Shown piece after piece: positions 1 through 15,000 of a stretch of DNA of 64,000 bases. The stretch's first letter is position 1. Each line of letters opens with the position of its first letter. The DNA comes from Caecitellus pseudoparvulus (lineage: Eukaryota; Protista; Bigyra: Bicosoecida). The notes below the pieces were generated by a model. The model was not told the origin of the DNA. It saw only the letters and a list, made by a program, of their open reading frames with translations, and searched no databases. Position numbers and translations under genes: made by a program. The DNA is taken from positions 124,001 through 188,000 of the forward strand of contig CBFFRQ010000044.1 in the NCBI GenBank assembly GCA_965644315.1, read 5' to 3'.

Positions 1-3000
1 GTCGCCCACGAGCCTGCAAGGCATGATGTCATCCCGCCCGGCGTCAGAGCCAGTGCTGCCAATGCACCACTCGTACTGCAGGATGCCCGACTCTTCATCA
101 GCTGCTGGTGTCCATGAGGCTTGGAACACTGCACCAGGACTGCCCAAGATGCAGTCCGCGTCAACGTTGCCGCCGTCACGCACTTCCACTTCGTCGCTCC
201 AGGTGGGCACCGTGCCGTCCAGCAACACAGGCTGCCCCAGCACGAGCTGCTGCGAGCCCGCACCGTTGGCCACCTGGGCAACAGGGAAGAGGCGGTCGGC
301 ATGTCCCCATGGCATAGGCGGTACGGCGAGTGTGAGCGCGTTGGGGCTGGGGGCCAAGACAAGCGTTGCGGGGGCGCTCAGAGGGTGGGATGTGGCACTG
401 GGTGTGCAGGAGCACAGGCCACCCTGCAAGGCGAGCACGGCGCCTGAGTCAACTGCTGCGCTTGACACTTGAGATACAGTGGACAGTGCACAGGACTCAT
501 CCACGGGACCAGCTTCAATGCGCAGCAGGTCGGAGCTCAGCTGTGCTGGACCTGAGCCGTTCCACTGGCCAGGCACAACGAGCACGGACAGGGCGGCGCT
601 GGCCAGTCCTGATTGGGCATCTCCCAGGCCCTCCATCCTCAGCACCAGCCCGGCCTGCACAGACTCCACAGTCGTGAAGGACGCAGGCTCCAGGCCAGGC
701 ACGGTCTGCACGGCGCAGGCGGCCGCGGCGGCCTCCGCCTGTGAGGATCCGGGACCTGGCAGCAGTGCGTGGCCGCCTCGTGGCGTGAAGATGCGTGGCG
801 TCAAGGCAGGCGGTGTCACATCCAACACACCCAGAGGGGCGATGACTGCTGTGGACAGGCCTGCGAAATTCGTGGCGACAGCTGTGAGCCACAGCGTGTC
901 GCCGCCCTCCAGTGCGCTGGAGTTCAGGGTCACTTGGGCCAGGCGGCCGCTCTCCACCTGGTCAAGGTCGGTCCACGAGGCGCTGGATCGCACGGCGTCC
1001 CAGCTGCCCACTTTCCGCATGTGCGGCATGGCTTGAGACCCCAGAGCCGTGGCACCCACTGTGAGGGTGAGGGAGCTGAGGCCGGCACCAGAATCGGCCC
1101 AGTCGTCCAGGGACAGCTCCACGTGGCTCATGGGCACGATGAATGGCAGGTCGCTGCCAGCCTGCGCCACCGCCTCTGCAAGCTGGCCAGCTGTGATATG
1201 GGCTGCACTTCCAGCAGGCAGAGCCGAGACCTGCAGCGTTCGGGGTGCACAGGCGCTGGCGGTGAGCGCAGGCATGCGGAAGGTGCGGGTCCACGGCAGA
1301 GCTTGCTGCAGCGCGGCAGCTGGCACGGAGGCGGCGGTGGTGGTGCCACATGCTTGCACATCTGGGAGCAAGGTCAGTGTGCCAGACAGTGGGTTTGAGC
1401 GCACGAGGCGGACAGTGGGGGAGGACAGCTGCAGGAGCCCGCCACCCGCCTTGCTCACCACGACTTGCACCCGGAAGCCTTGTGCAGTTGCCAAGGTGGC
1501 ATCCAATGGCACACTCTGCAGCAGTCCTTCCGAGGCGGAAGCCACCTGTAGCAGTTCATGCGATGCCACGGACCCTTGAGCCACCACTTCTTCTCCCGCA
1601 GGTGACACAGCGAGCAGCGTCCACGCCATGCCTTGCAGCGGCACAGACACAGCCGAAACAAGTGGCAGGCGGAAGGCAATATCCCGTGAGCCACACTGCA
1701 CCCAGCGCTGCACTGGAGGCGCCCAGGTAGCACTGACAACCGGCACTGGGACGGACGGCACGCCAGGCTGTGGGGATTGGTCACGTACACGTGCATCATT
1801 GCCGTCCACGACGAGCAGGGGCGACGGGTACACTGACTGCTGCCCGGCGCCGTTCGCTGCTCGCATGAGCAACACAGTCACACGTCCGGCCAAGGCTGAG
1901 GCAGGCAGCGTCAAGAAGGTGGCATCCGCGCTGAGCTGCACAAAGTCGGCCTCGCCAGCAGCGTGCCACTGCGGGGAGGAGAAGCTTCCACCGGTGCACG
2001 AGCCATCCGAAAACGGACCGTGGATGAGCGCAACTTCGTGCACGGCGATGCCGCTGATGTCGTCAATGGGCACTGGCAGGCGCAAGGACAAGCCTGTGCT
2101 TGAATCCCCAACCACGAGGTGACTCTGCAGCTGTGATCCACATGACGCGTTCGAGTCTTTGCTGGCCAGGTCAGGCGACAGCGCAGCAGCCACAACGTGG
2201 TCCATCCCACCCACTGCAGCCTCCGCAAGTGCCACAGCCTCGGCAGCCAAACCCGCATGCAGCGAAGCCGTGCCGAACCAGGCACCATCCAGCATCGCCA
2301 CGGCGCCGGACCACGCTGGCGGAGACCACGGCGCATCCATGAACACAGGCATGGAAGCGCCCACAGCACGGCGGCCATCCTCAGTCTGCGCCTGCACGCT
2401 CACCACCACAACCATGCCGTGTTGCAGCTCAAGGCCTGCAAACGCAGCGGTGCCACGAGTCACGTACACGCCTGGACTGAGGTTGGAGGTGTTCCAAGTT
2501 GCTGCGTCCAGGGCAATGCCTTCACCAAGTGCCTCTGACGTGGCACCTGCGATGTGGCCCAACGTGGCGAATGCTGACTGCAGGGGCGAGCTGGAGGTGA
2601 CAGTCCAAGTGAATCGCACGTGCGTCACATCAGCGCTGAAGCGCATGCTCTGCTGTGCAGCATCCACAGCCTCCACGACAACCACAGCTTCCTCCGCTGC
2701 CACCTGCACGACGCCGCTGCGGCCTTCTGACACACTTCCAGCCGTATTGGCGCTGTGGACCACAACTTCGTATCTTGTGCCTGGCGCAAGCGGTTTGCTG
2801 AGGCATAGCTCGTCGCCTGAACAGGCCAAGCTCCACTGGGCACTCGTGGCAGAGCCCACACTGCGCAGCGGCGCCAGCCACTGCGACGCCTGCACGTCCC
2901 ACAAGCCTACAGAGTGGCTCAGAGCAGTGGACGCTGTCACCGCCTCGGCGTCAAACACAAGCCAGCAGCCCCACACTGTCTGAGTGCCAGCGTTCCAGGC

Positions 3001-6000
3001 TTCGCTGGGCAAGCCAGCCACACCACCTAGTCGAGCGGCACATTGCGCTCCCGTGCGAACAGCAATGTGGGCCGGCCCAGCACCTGCCACGACGAAGCCG
3101 CTTGATGCCGTGTCTGACACCAGCCCCGCACTGCTCACCAGTCGCAGCAAGCCGTACACCCACCCAGACGTGCCGCTGGGCAGTGGCGCCGAGCAATTCC
3201 CTGCACTGGCGCCCACCTCCACGTTCGCGTCAGATAGGGGCACAATATCAGCTGCGCCAGGCGTGCTGCCCCAGCCACACTGCACTTGCACGATGTCGCT
3301 CTCGGCGTCTCGTGCACGCAGCCAAGCCATGGTCGCGGTGCCGCCAGCCACGAGCTGCGCATCTGCCGTGGCAGACACACGCTGTGCAAGTGCACCTGGC
3401 GCCAGCCCCGCCACATCCCACACCGCCTGCACCTTGGGTGGAGTGGCGTCAACAGCAGGAGCAATCACGGCAATGCTGGACACGCGACCAGCGGAGTTGC
3501 CCAGTGCAACTCCAGAGTAGCCACGCTGGCCGTGCCGCAGTGCTCCAAGCCCAGGCACAAGGAGGGGAATGCTGCTCATGTCCGCGCCAGGGGCCAAGAC
3601 CACCGCGGAGCCGTCTGCCCGCAGCACCTGCTGCCCGCCAAGGCTGGAGCCCATGGCATGCAGCATGGTCGCAAGGGCCGCTTGGCTGTCGGAAGCAGCT
3701 GCCACGTTCAGTGCCAGGGCTGGACTGACGCCTCGCCCAGGCACAGAGCAGGGCAAACAGAGACTGAGGGAGTCCCCTGTGCTGGCTTTGAAGGTGCCTG
3801 CTGGACAAGGCGTGCAGCTACCGCTGTGGCTGAAGGTGCCTGGAGCACACGTCCCAGGGGCAGAGGGCGGAGGCGGCACGCTTGGGCCAGCACTGCAAGC
3901 ACCAACACAAGGCTCGCAAGCGCCCGTCACGGCGTTCAGCTCGTACCCTGCCCCGCATACGCACATGCCACCACCTGCGGTGAAGTCGGGGACGAACACG
4001 GCATGCTCCTGAACACATCCGCACGTTGTGCGGTCAGAGCTGACAGGGACGATGCCGAGCAGCGCGCTCTGCAGGCGGATGTCATGAGCCACGTCAGGCG
4101 CGCTGTTGTCACAGACGATGCCGTCAGACGACACCTCCGTCACGAAGCCAGCCGCGTTTGTGGCCCACACTGTGGCGAACACAACCTGGCCTGGCTGCAA
4201 GGCCAGCTTGCGAGCTTGTGCGAAGGTGCGGCGCCCGACCGAGCTGCGAGGCACAATGCCACACTGCCCAGGGGCGTCCCCCGCACACCACTCGTACTTG
4301 CTCACGCCTGCTGCGTCGAAGAAGTCACCCCATGACGCCTGCACAAGGGAGCAGTCAGGTGTGAACGCATCGTCCACTCCTGGATGTGGTGAGTCCCACA
4401 CCGTGCCGCCTGTGGGTCCGCTCGTGATGACGGCGGCGCCGTTCGAGTGCACCGTGGTGCTCAGCCCCGCAGCGTTCACAGCCGTCACAGAGCACGTGTA
4501 GCGCTGCTGATTGAGCAATTCACTGCCTGGGGGGAAGGTAAAGGTGTGTGTGGTGGGGCTGGAGACTGGGACCAGCGCTGGCCCGGCGACAGTTGCCCCC
4601 TCGCTGGAGCCCAGCTTCAGTGCGATGGAGTAGTGCGCGATGGGGGACACGTCATCCCGGAAGCCGCTCCAGGAGCAGGCATATGCAGTATTGGTGCTGG
4701 TGAATGTCAAGTCACTGCTCTCACCGTCCCAGACACTGCCTGGGAGAGGCGGCGTGACGTCAGGGATGATGACCCTGGACACCGTCGTGCTGGCGTGTCC
4801 AGCTGCGTTCAGCCCCACAAGGGAGAGGTGGTACTCCTGCCCTTGCACCAGCTCCAAGTCTGAGAAGGTCACGTTGCGCGAGTGTTTCTGGTCTTCGAAC
4901 ACCCGCACTTGCTGGCCATACGGCCGTGTTCCAAGCGCAGCCGTGTAGGTTGTCAGGGCAGCATCCGATTCAGCATCTTCAAAGGCGCCCCACGTCGCGG
5001 CCACGGTGTTCAGTGACGCCACGTACAAGACTTCAGGCAACCCTGCAGCGGCCAAGTTGATGGCGTGGGAGATGGAAACGTTGGAGGGGGCAGATGCCGT
5101 CACGTCAGGCGTGAAGTGCGCGTAGTGCACACGAGTGGCTGTGCCAGCAAGAGCAACCACTGTCACAGTGTACTGTGTCCCAGGCGTGAGGGTCAGGCCG
5201 TACACACTGGCATGTGTGGCTGTGCCCACATCAGTCAGCGTCTTCACATCTCCAACCCCAGCAGCAGTGCCCAGGGCCCACTGGAAGGTGAAGTGCGGCA
5301 CAGCTGTGCCGTTCTCAGTGTCCCCGGTAGTGGTCCAGGTCTCCCCAGGTGGCGCCAGGGTGTTGGACAGCACGCCCCACTCAACTTCGAAGTGCTTGTC
5401 TGAGCTGGTGTAGGTGGCCAACACAGGGGAAGGCTCTGGCTCCACGAGCACGCCTCGCCCGTCCACTTGCACTGCGCCGGTGCTGTCAACGACCACGCCT
5501 GCCGCACGAGCAACAGAGCTCAGCCCCGCACGGTTCGTCATGCGCACCCTAACGTAGAACTTCTCCCCGTTCACGAGTGCAGCGGGGACAGTGCAGGAGG
5601 TCGCGAGGCCGACGCTGCTGAATGGCGACACATCGCAAGTGTCCGCACTGGTCCCAACACAGCAGGCAAAGGAATCCAGCCCTGACTCCTCATCCACCCA
5701 CGCGCTGAAGGCCGGCGCCGCCGTCCACTGCCAGCTGGCGCTGACGTTGTCCTTGTGGCTTTGGTACGGCGCATCCACGAACGTAGTGAGGGTGTTCCAC
5801 ACTGGGCCTGCCACTGGCGGGCTTGTATCCACCATCACACCATCAGACTCTAGCAGGGCAGATGGGTTCCCGACGTTGTTCACGGCCCGAATCTGCAGGC
5901 AGTAGCGAAGGCCACTAGTGAGGTCCAGGCCAGTCGCATGCAAGGTGGTCACTGTCGCCCCTGGCACATCGGTCCAGTCCCGCACATCCCGGCTGTCCAC

Positions 6001-9000
6001 GTCGCCGTTGTCGCACCAACGCACCGCATACTGGTACTTGGCAACCGCCCCGACGTCTTCCACAAAGGCATCCCAGCTCCCGCGCATTTCGCTTGCTGAG
6101 GCCGTGAAGGCGGCCTCACCCGTCACGCCAGGCACGGCGTCTCGAACAGCCCCACTTGGAGCAGGCTCCGGAGCAGTGCCGTCAAACACCACGCCATCTG
6201 AGGCGACATCCACAAACAGACCATTGGAGGCCACGGCACGGACCACGACGTAGTACGTCGTGCCATGGGCCGGCACGATGGCAGCGGGGTTCGTCTTGGC
6301 AGTCGTGTTGGAGCTCACGTACGTCAGCGGCAGCACATCCAGCGGATGGGCCGACAGATCTGGACCTGGTCCAGGTGCTGAGCTGGAGATGCCCCACAGG
6401 TACGACACAATGGATGCCTGGCCTGCGTCGAAGCTGCCCCAGACAGCCTCCAGAACAGGCTGAGCATGCCCGTCTTGGTCAGCTTCCAGGTCGCGTGTGG
6501 CGTCCACGTCGTTCACATACGCAGCAGCAGCTGATGGGCGGCTGGTCTCGATGTCAAGCGGCACGGGCTCAGACAGGCCCGCGTTTCCTGCCCGGTCCAG
6601 GCACCTGGCACGCATGTGCACCTTGGTGGCATCGGGGAGTGGCGAGGCGAAGGTCACCGTGAACGTTTGGCGCAGCACCAGCAGGCCATGCAGGCTGAAC
6701 CTGCTCACTTCCGACTGTGCCACAGTGAAGGACGAGTGAGCAGTGGGGGACTCCTCAGTCCCAGCGGCCACTCGGCAGGCAGAGAAGCCCGCATCCGTGT
6801 CAGCGAAGGTGATGGCGACTCGCATTGACGCTGAACTCGCAACGGACTGCACAGCGTGCTGGGTGGCGTTGAAGATGTCCGGCTTGCCCAGCAAGGCGGG
6901 AATGCCATAGCCAGCCCATGCCGACCCCGGCGCTGCCAGAACAGAGAGGGACACATCCGGCAAGGCTGGGTCCACAAGGATGCCATCAGACAGCCCAGTC
7001 GTTTTCAGCCCAGCCGCATTCGTGGCTGTCACAGAAGCGTACACATACGTGCCAGTGCGGACCGCGATGGGCACCGTGAACGTGTGTTCCCGCGCCAGGC
7101 CCACGCTGATGGTGGCTGCGATGTTGTCCACTGGCCGCCCCAGCACCGAGCCAAGCCCAACTTCGTACTTCACCAGCGGAGACACGTCTTCTGTGAACTC
7201 TGGCCAGTGCACAGTGAAGGTGGTCGTGCTGGAGGTGAAGTCCAGGTCGTTCGTGGAGCCGTCTCCTCCGATGTCAGCGGGTGTCAGCGAGCCAGCTTGT
7301 GGCCCATCGCGAGGTTTCTGCAGCGTGGGCGGCGTGGCGTCGAAGATGACGCCGTCCGAGCTCGAGACACGGAACAACCCCGCTTTGTTTGTGGCCTTCA
7401 TGTGCACGAAGTACTGCTGGCCGTGGGTCATGGTGTCCTGCGGCAGGCTGTGCACGCCAAACGGCTCCACGTCCCGCCACTGCCCCAGCGGCATGCCTGT
7501 GTCCAGAGGATTGCACGTGCCGGCGTCTGGCGTGGCGACTGTGCGGCAGAACTGGTACGCAAGGAGGCCGCCTTCGGTGCTTTCGGCGTCCTGGAAGCCG
7601 TTCCACTGCCAGGACGGTACGCTCACGCCGGTGTAGTCGATGTCTGCTGTGTCGTCCTGGATGTTGAACTGGTACGTAGCGATGTCCACCTCGCGCACAC
7701 CGCCTCGTGGGCTCGCGGTGGGGGCGTCAGGAAGCAGTGCAGGGGGCGTCACATCCACAGTGAAGGGCTGGGAGCACACCGCTGCTGCGTTGCCTTCCAC
7801 GGTGCGTGTGTCCAGCACCCACTTGTACTGCACGCCCTGCGTCAGTGCCAGGGACCGAGGCATCTGCATGATGAGCGGGTTGGGCTGGCCCAGTCGCTCA
7901 AAGCCCAGCGTTGGGGCCCGCTTGGCAACTTCAGTGCGTGCCCTCTGCACGACTAGTGGCGCCAGCTCCGTCACCCACACACTGCGTGGGTTTGCTCGAG
8001 CTGGCAGCGTGTCTTCCAGCGCAGCACTGGCTGCCCTGACGGCGTGGACACAGGAGTACGTCGGCATGCGCACACCTGCCGCGGCGAGGCTGGTGTCCAG
8101 AGCCCACGTCACGCTGACGTAGTGTCCTGGAGGGCATTGCTGGGGCGGGCGAGTGCACACAGCCCGTCGAGGTGTGGAACAGTCCATGGCAGTCAGGCGA
8201 GGCGCAGCTGTGGCGCTGGACTGCATCGCGGCACAGTCCAGATCGAGCACCGCGTTTGGGTCTGTCATCCATGGCCAGCGTGAAGCTGCTTGGGCGGCAG
8301 TGCCGAGCTGGTGCGGGCTGAACTTGCTCACCCAAGTGCCCCGCTCCACGCGATCTGACAGCCCTGTCCAGCAAGGTGAGATGTCAGTTGGGCACAGCGC
8401 CGCGAGAGCGTGCAGCACAGCCTGAGACGGCACGGGGAGCGCGACGCCTCCGCCAAGCGCACACTGCACGTCGGCGACGTCTCCTTCGGTCGTAGCAGCG
8501 CTGGTGAAGGCACAGGCCGTCTCACCTGCGCTGAGAGTGACCAAGATGTGCCCAGCTGGACACCCGAACACAGGGGCCTCGCACATGGCTGGGAAGCTTG
8601 CGCTCACAGACGACTGGAAGTCCACAACGCCATCGGCTGCGTGCAGCGTCATGCCTGCTGTGCTGGCTGAGTTGGCTGCGTTGGAGGCAGCAGTGGCGTC
8701 TCGCCACCGCACCAGCCAAGCTCCAGCCGGGGTATCCAGCGGAGCAAGGGGACCGATCGGGAACTGATGCACAGCATGTCCGCCCGAGTCAGCCAGCCAC
8801 GAAGAAGACCCTGCAGGTTCAGACACCTGCCGTTGCAGCCCCAGCCAGCACTGCGCCCCTGCCTCTCCACATGCACGGGATGCGGCTGCCGTCTCTAGAG
8901 TGCTCAGTCCAATACCAGCGAACGGCAGTCCGCCCACGCTCTCACACCCTGCACGGGCACCAGACAGGCTGACAGGTGAGGCAGTTGTCCCCAGGCACTT

Positions 9001-12000
9001 GGGCATGCCGTCTGCTCCAGGCATGAGGTGGAAGCCAGGGGGGCAGTTGCGCACGCCAGTTTCACACAGGAACGGCAGCGCGTTCCCAACTGGCTGCACT
9101 TGGACGCCGACGTTCAGACTCGCCGTGTCAAAGCCCTCCACACCTGAGGCCAGGCCGAAGGAAGTCCCTGGTGCGGCACTGGTCAAGTCAGCAGCATTTT
9201 GGAGCGGCAGCATGCTTGCCGTGTCGCCAGGGCTCAGCGGCGTCAGCTGGCTGGCGCTCCATGTGCTCGGCGCCTGCACACTCATGCCAAGCCAGCACGC
9301 CATGTCAGCGGCGAAGCAGCGCGAACTAACCGTCTCCCGCTTGACGTCATCGTGCAGCGCTGTGCTGGCCAACCAGCCCCCCTCTGCGGCACACGAAGCT
9401 TGAGCCGCTGCCCAAGACGCTGGACTGCTCAAGTACTTGACGCAGGAAGGAAACGTGCCATTCGCGCCGAGGACCAACTCATACCCGCTTGGGCACTGCA
9501 GCATAGTGCCAGTGGCATCTCCGTCAGTGTAGAAGCCGCTGCAGCTGGCAATGTCTGATGCGGTGGAGATACGCTGCAGGCCCAGTCGAGCCGTCAAGCT
9601 GTCACAGCGCACATCGAAGTCTGCAATTTTCACCGCCATGCCAGCATGCACTGTTGACGCGCCTCGCAGCTGAGTGGACAGCGCAGAGTACGTCTTCTGT
9701 GGGTCATGGGTCGTGTACAGGGAGGACACTGCGCCGAAGGCTACATAGGGGAACTGCAGCGGCTGTGCAGCCGAGTAACCTGGACATGTCGCACGGGTCC
9801 CGTCACAAGTGGGGGCCAGGCGGCACTCGGACACGCGCCCTTGGTTGCAGTGGTGGTCATCCTCGGGCTGATACCGCACCTCGTCACAGCCGCCGTCCCC
9901 ATTGCAAGTGTACGAAACGTGGCAGTCCTGGGCGTCACACGTGTACGGTGTGCCCATGCAAATGCCAGACACACACTGATCATCGTAGCTGCAGGCATCC
10001 GTGTCATCGCATGCCAGGTCGTTTGGGCGGTTGCTCCAGCCAGCTGGGTCCTGAATCACGTCGCAGTACTGGCACTCAGGCTGGGCGGGGTTCACTTCCC
10101 CATGCGCGTACAGCGTGCCGCCAATGTCGCAAGCACACGTCTTCCCTCCACCTGGCAGCGACTTCACGCCTCCTGTGTAGCCTGGCGCCAAGTTGCAGCC
10201 TCCCAGGCCGTCACACACCTCGCAGTCTTGCGCTGGGTCGTCCGTCCACTCCTCCATGAGGCAGGTCTTGTACAGTTGGCCCTGGCACAGTCCGTTGGAA
10301 GTGCAGTTATCCCGGAAGGTGCAGGCGAGATCGTCATTGCAGGCGGTGCCGACGCCCTTCTGGCTCCACATCATGAAGGCGCCAGGGCCTGCGGGGTCGC
10401 ACCAGTAGCACGAGGAGTGCACGTCTTCAGGAAACTCCCGCGGCTTATCAGACAGGTACGGGTAGCACTGGCGCTCGCCGTAGAAGTCCAGGATGGAGCA
10501 GCTGTCCTCCTCCACACACCGAGTGCAGCGGAAGCTGACGTCCACTGCGCCTGCGATGCCAGGGGCGCCAGCGTACGTGTCAGGCTGGGGCGTGGATACA
10601 GTCTGCCCCATTTGTTCCAGCACAGGCGTTGGGTGTCCGTCCTCGGTCAGCATCCAGTCTGTCAGGTAGAAGCCCGCGCCACCTCCTCCGCCTGTCATTG
10701 CCGTGGAGGTGCGGGCAGCGCCAGTGCCGCCACCATAGAAGCCGTCCCCACCACTGGGGACGTAGGAGGCGCATGTGGCGCCATTGCAATCTGTGCCATT
10801 ATGCGCCCCGCCTGCAATGCGGTCGCCATCCTCGCCTTGGCCCAGGTTGCCTGTCGTGGGAGTGGCGGCAACTCCGCCAATGCCTGGCCCGCCGCCCCAA
10901 GCACCCTCGCCGCCCGTCACAGCTGTGGCACCTGAGCCAATGGAAGGCGCAGTGCCGCCGAGAATGCCGCCTCCTGATCCACCTGCAGAGCACTCTGCAG
11001 TGCCGTATGCGCCACCTCCACCTCCACCGACGACTGCAATCTCATCCCTGCGCGTGGGATCCCACAGCGCCGTGCGGCCGCCTCCAGCTCGATTGATGCG
11101 ACTTGCGCCTCCAGGAGCAATGGGGAAGCCAATCGTGTGGCCCTTGGTGCCATTGGCTGAGAAATACGAGTTCCCCAGCGGGTTCGGTGACACGCCATAC
11201 GCTAGGTTGACACCGCTCAGCGTCGTGGAGCTGGCGAACAGTGCTCCAGGCTTGCCGACTTCAAACGCGAGCTTGGTTGCTGGAAGGATCTCCAGGCGCC
11301 CGTAGAAGAAGCCACCTGGTCCACCCAGGCAGGTGCCAGGCGATGTTGGGGAGGGCAGTCCCACATCCAGCGCTCCAGGTGAGCCACCAGCTCCGTACAG
11401 CCGCACATCTGCCGCCAGGGCGCCAACAGGCGTTGTGACTGTGTGTACGCCTGGCTGGGCGATGCGATAGCGGGCCCCAAAAGGGCACCGGGGCGCTTGT
11501 TGGGAGATGGTTTGGATCATGACATGCCCCCGCAGCAGCTTGGCTCGACCGCCTGTGGCGCTGCGGTGCACTTCGGTTGGGAAGGCGGGAATGTCTTCCC
11601 ACCCGCCCAGCAGCTGTGCGAATTGGACTTGGGCGTCCGAGGCGAAGCTCGTGCCGCCTCCGCCACCTCCCACGACGCTGGCCAGACCTTCCGCGCGGAA
11701 GCCCCCTTCTCCACCGGCTGATCCAGCTCCTCCGCCCATGTGCCCGCCGCCGCCCTGCCCGCCGCTGGTGCGCACCCGGAACTCCGTGCAACCTGGCACA
11801 CCAGCTCGATTCCGCCCACCGCCCACTCCCCATGGGCACTTGTCCGCTGTGCGCTGATCAGTGCCACGATAAATCCCGCCCGCACCAAAGCCAGCGTCTT
11901 GCAGGGAACCTGCGAGGTTCGACGTGGCCAGCGTGCCTCCCTGTCCTCCGTACGCCACCAAGAAGTGCGACCCCGACTTGGACTGTAGGCCTGCCTCCCC

Positions 12001-15000
12001 GTCGCCTCCATCGTGGGCACCACCTGCTCCTCCTTTGCCTGTGCCACCGCCTCCGCCTCCACCTGCCACGAGCAGCTCAGAAGTGTACGAAACAGCTACG
12101 TCAGAGCGATGTCTACGGCCATCCAGGACACCAGAGCGCTGTCCGCCCAAGCCAGATCCCTGCAGGTTGGTGTACGTGAACGCGCTGGACGTCTCCACCG
12201 CGAGAACAGCCTCGTTGGCGTGGTTCCATCCCATGCGGTGCCCACCCACTTCCACGACGAACTCATCCCCGCCTTTAACAGCAATGTAGCCAGAAGCATA
12301 TGCGCCTGCTCCACCGGGCTGGGTGTGGATGAGGTGTGATCCACCTCCAGCACCTCGCGCCTTGATGAGGAGAAAGTGCACACCAGCCGGCACAGTGAAG
12401 ATGCAAGTGCTGGAAGGGGCGTGGAAGTTGTGCAGGGTGGGGTTGGTGCCGACTGTTTGTGCCGTTTGCAGGTCACAGGGTGGGATGTACTCGCAGATGA
12501 ATGCCCGCCCAGTGTTCGCGTTGGGCGTGGTGCGCAGAAACAGCCCAGCTGCATCCATGTATGCGTACCGCCCGCCACCAAAGTCGGCCAGCGGCACGCC
12601 AGTGGTGGAGTCTACAGCCCACAAGCTGCCTTCGCCATACCGCCCTCCATCGCTTGCAAGGGCGCCCGTGTTCGCCCACAGTCCAGCTGCATCTGCCCCG
12701 TCCTCCCACTCGAACTCCCCACTTCGCAGGTTAGCACGCACTCCCACCCATGCGCCGCTTCCGATGCCGCTGACACCAAAGACATGATGTGCCAGGGTGA
12801 GCTCCACTGGGTCGTGGGCACTCCACAGCTGGGCACGGGGATGCACAGCCTTGCAAGCAGAGCGGGAAGAAGTCAGGGAAGATGGCCCTGTCACAAGCTG
12901 CAGGCACGTACCCGTGATGGGGGAGCGATACCAGCTTGACGGGCAGGTGCCCAGCATCTCGCAAGCGGTGAAAGCCGGCGTGCTGCACGAAAGTCTTGAC
13001 AGGGAGTTGGAAGTGTGGCCTGATGTCCCGATGCAGCCGTCCCCGCCGCCGGAGATGTCCCCCAAGCCGAGGGAGTTGGAGTTGGACACACCAACAGAGA
13101 ATGCTGCCACGGCGCCTGCTCCATCTCGCCAGTGCAACGTGCCACTACTGATGTATCCACCCGTCCACACAGGGCCACCCAGCCCTAAAACGTGATCCAC
13201 GTGCGCGTTCCACCACCTGCTCTCCAGATCGCTCCATACACGAGCAGGGGCTGCTTGGCGTGTGCTGCCAGCCGGCACAGCAGCTGCACAAGCGGCACCG
13301 ATGTCTGCATGGTTGGCGACCGTGGTTGTGATCACCTTGATGCACTGCCCTGTGATGGGGCTGACCGTGTCGCCGTCTGGGCAGTGCGGCGGTGGAGCGA
13401 CACATGCGAAGCCGCCATCTGCGAAGAGCCCCTTCTCAGTGCAGTCCACCGAGTACAGTTTGCCGTTCTGGTACTTTGCACAGCTGCCAATGCCGAGGTC
13501 CGGGTGCGATGGCGCCCACAGCACAGCTGGTACAGGCGTCCCGGCATCATCCAGCCACTCCCACCGAGTGCTCTGCACGTTGTACGCAGCCCCCACAGCG
13601 ACACCTTGCCCAGCGCGAGGCGCCCCTGGCTTGAAGTCTTGCAGCACCACATGCTCCAGCCACGGCCAGCCCACTGTGCCGCCCTTCCAGTCGGCTGTGG
13701 GGTGAGCCAGCTCCCCACCATCGCCCTGGCACTGGGAACGCAGGGATGCCCAGGAGTCCAGGGACCTTGCGGGGGGCAGGACATCCAGGTGAATCCAGCA
13801 CGTCAGCGTCGTGCCGTGTGGAGCCCAGCGAGCAGGACAGCCGATGGGGCGATAGGCACAGGCTGTCGCGGTGCCAGGGGTGCTGCAGTAGGCAGAAAGC
13901 AGGTCGGATGAAGGTGTCGTGCGGAGGCAAGAGTGGCCTGAAAGCGGCCCATACGTCCACTTGCCGCTCCCTGCATCTAGCATGTCGTCGACATCGCCAG
14001 TTGCAGAGCCAGAGACCCACACCTGCTTGTTGCCCTGGGTCACGTCCACCTCAGCGTTGAGCCAGAAGTGCCACTGGTTGTAGGGAGCCGGCATGCGGGG
14101 CTGCAGGAACTGCGTCTTGAACCATTGCAGATCAGCGTACGAGTTGGGCGCGAAAAGGGTAGCACCGGGGTAGTGCTGGGCGCACTCCCGTGCCGACTCG
14201 TCCTTGGACTTGAACTCGATCTTGTGTCCTATGTGAAAGCATGCACCAGAGTAGGGGGACTGGGCCTTGAAGCCTGGCGGGCAGTGCGCCGCACCGTGGG
14301 CGTCCTGGGCCGGCTGGGTGAAGGGCCGGGGAGTGACGGTCGGTGTGGGCGTGCGAGAAGGGGACGGGGTGCGAGAAGGAGATGGCGTGCGAGAAGGAGA
14401 AGGTGTGCGAGAGGGAGATGGCGTGCGAGATGGTGTTGGTGTTCGTGATGCTGCGCAATTGGCGACGAGGGGTTAAGCAGATGTCAAGCCTGGTGCGAGA
14501 TTTTGCTGTCTTACGGGTCCTCGACGGGGCTGGGAGTGGCTTCATGCAGAGCCCGCGGTGCAAGTTCCCGCAGCCGTGGTTTGTTAGCCGATTCCCCCCC
14601 GATAGACCCCCGTGGACAGATCGTGCATAAACAATGCACTGAGATCCAATGTAGAAATGGTGGTTGAAATACGAGGCAGAGCTACATTCCATCCAATAGC
14701 TTCTCCATAGACAGCCGCGCATTGTCATTGGCATCTCAGAATAGCTCGGGACTTGCCTGCACAAGTACCAATGTAAATCGTGTCAGCCCTCGCATTCAAA
14801 CACAATCGCGGAATGAAGCACACGTACCAACCATGCGGTAGTGCTCCAGACCAATTGAAGGTGAATCCAGTCCAATAGCTTGACTGACGTGGGATTCGAG
14901 ATATAGTGTCCCACATATCTGTGACAGGTTGAAATGTTTGCGCTTGTTTGAAAGCTGGGGTGACATTCAAGGCTTGCAAGGTCTGCGCACCAGTTTCACT

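Noticed and set aside
23-14060. Numerous plus-strand and short alternative-frame ORFs in the track
   Set aside because: They are shadow ORFs of the giant minus-strand gene in GC-rich DNA and show no motifs.
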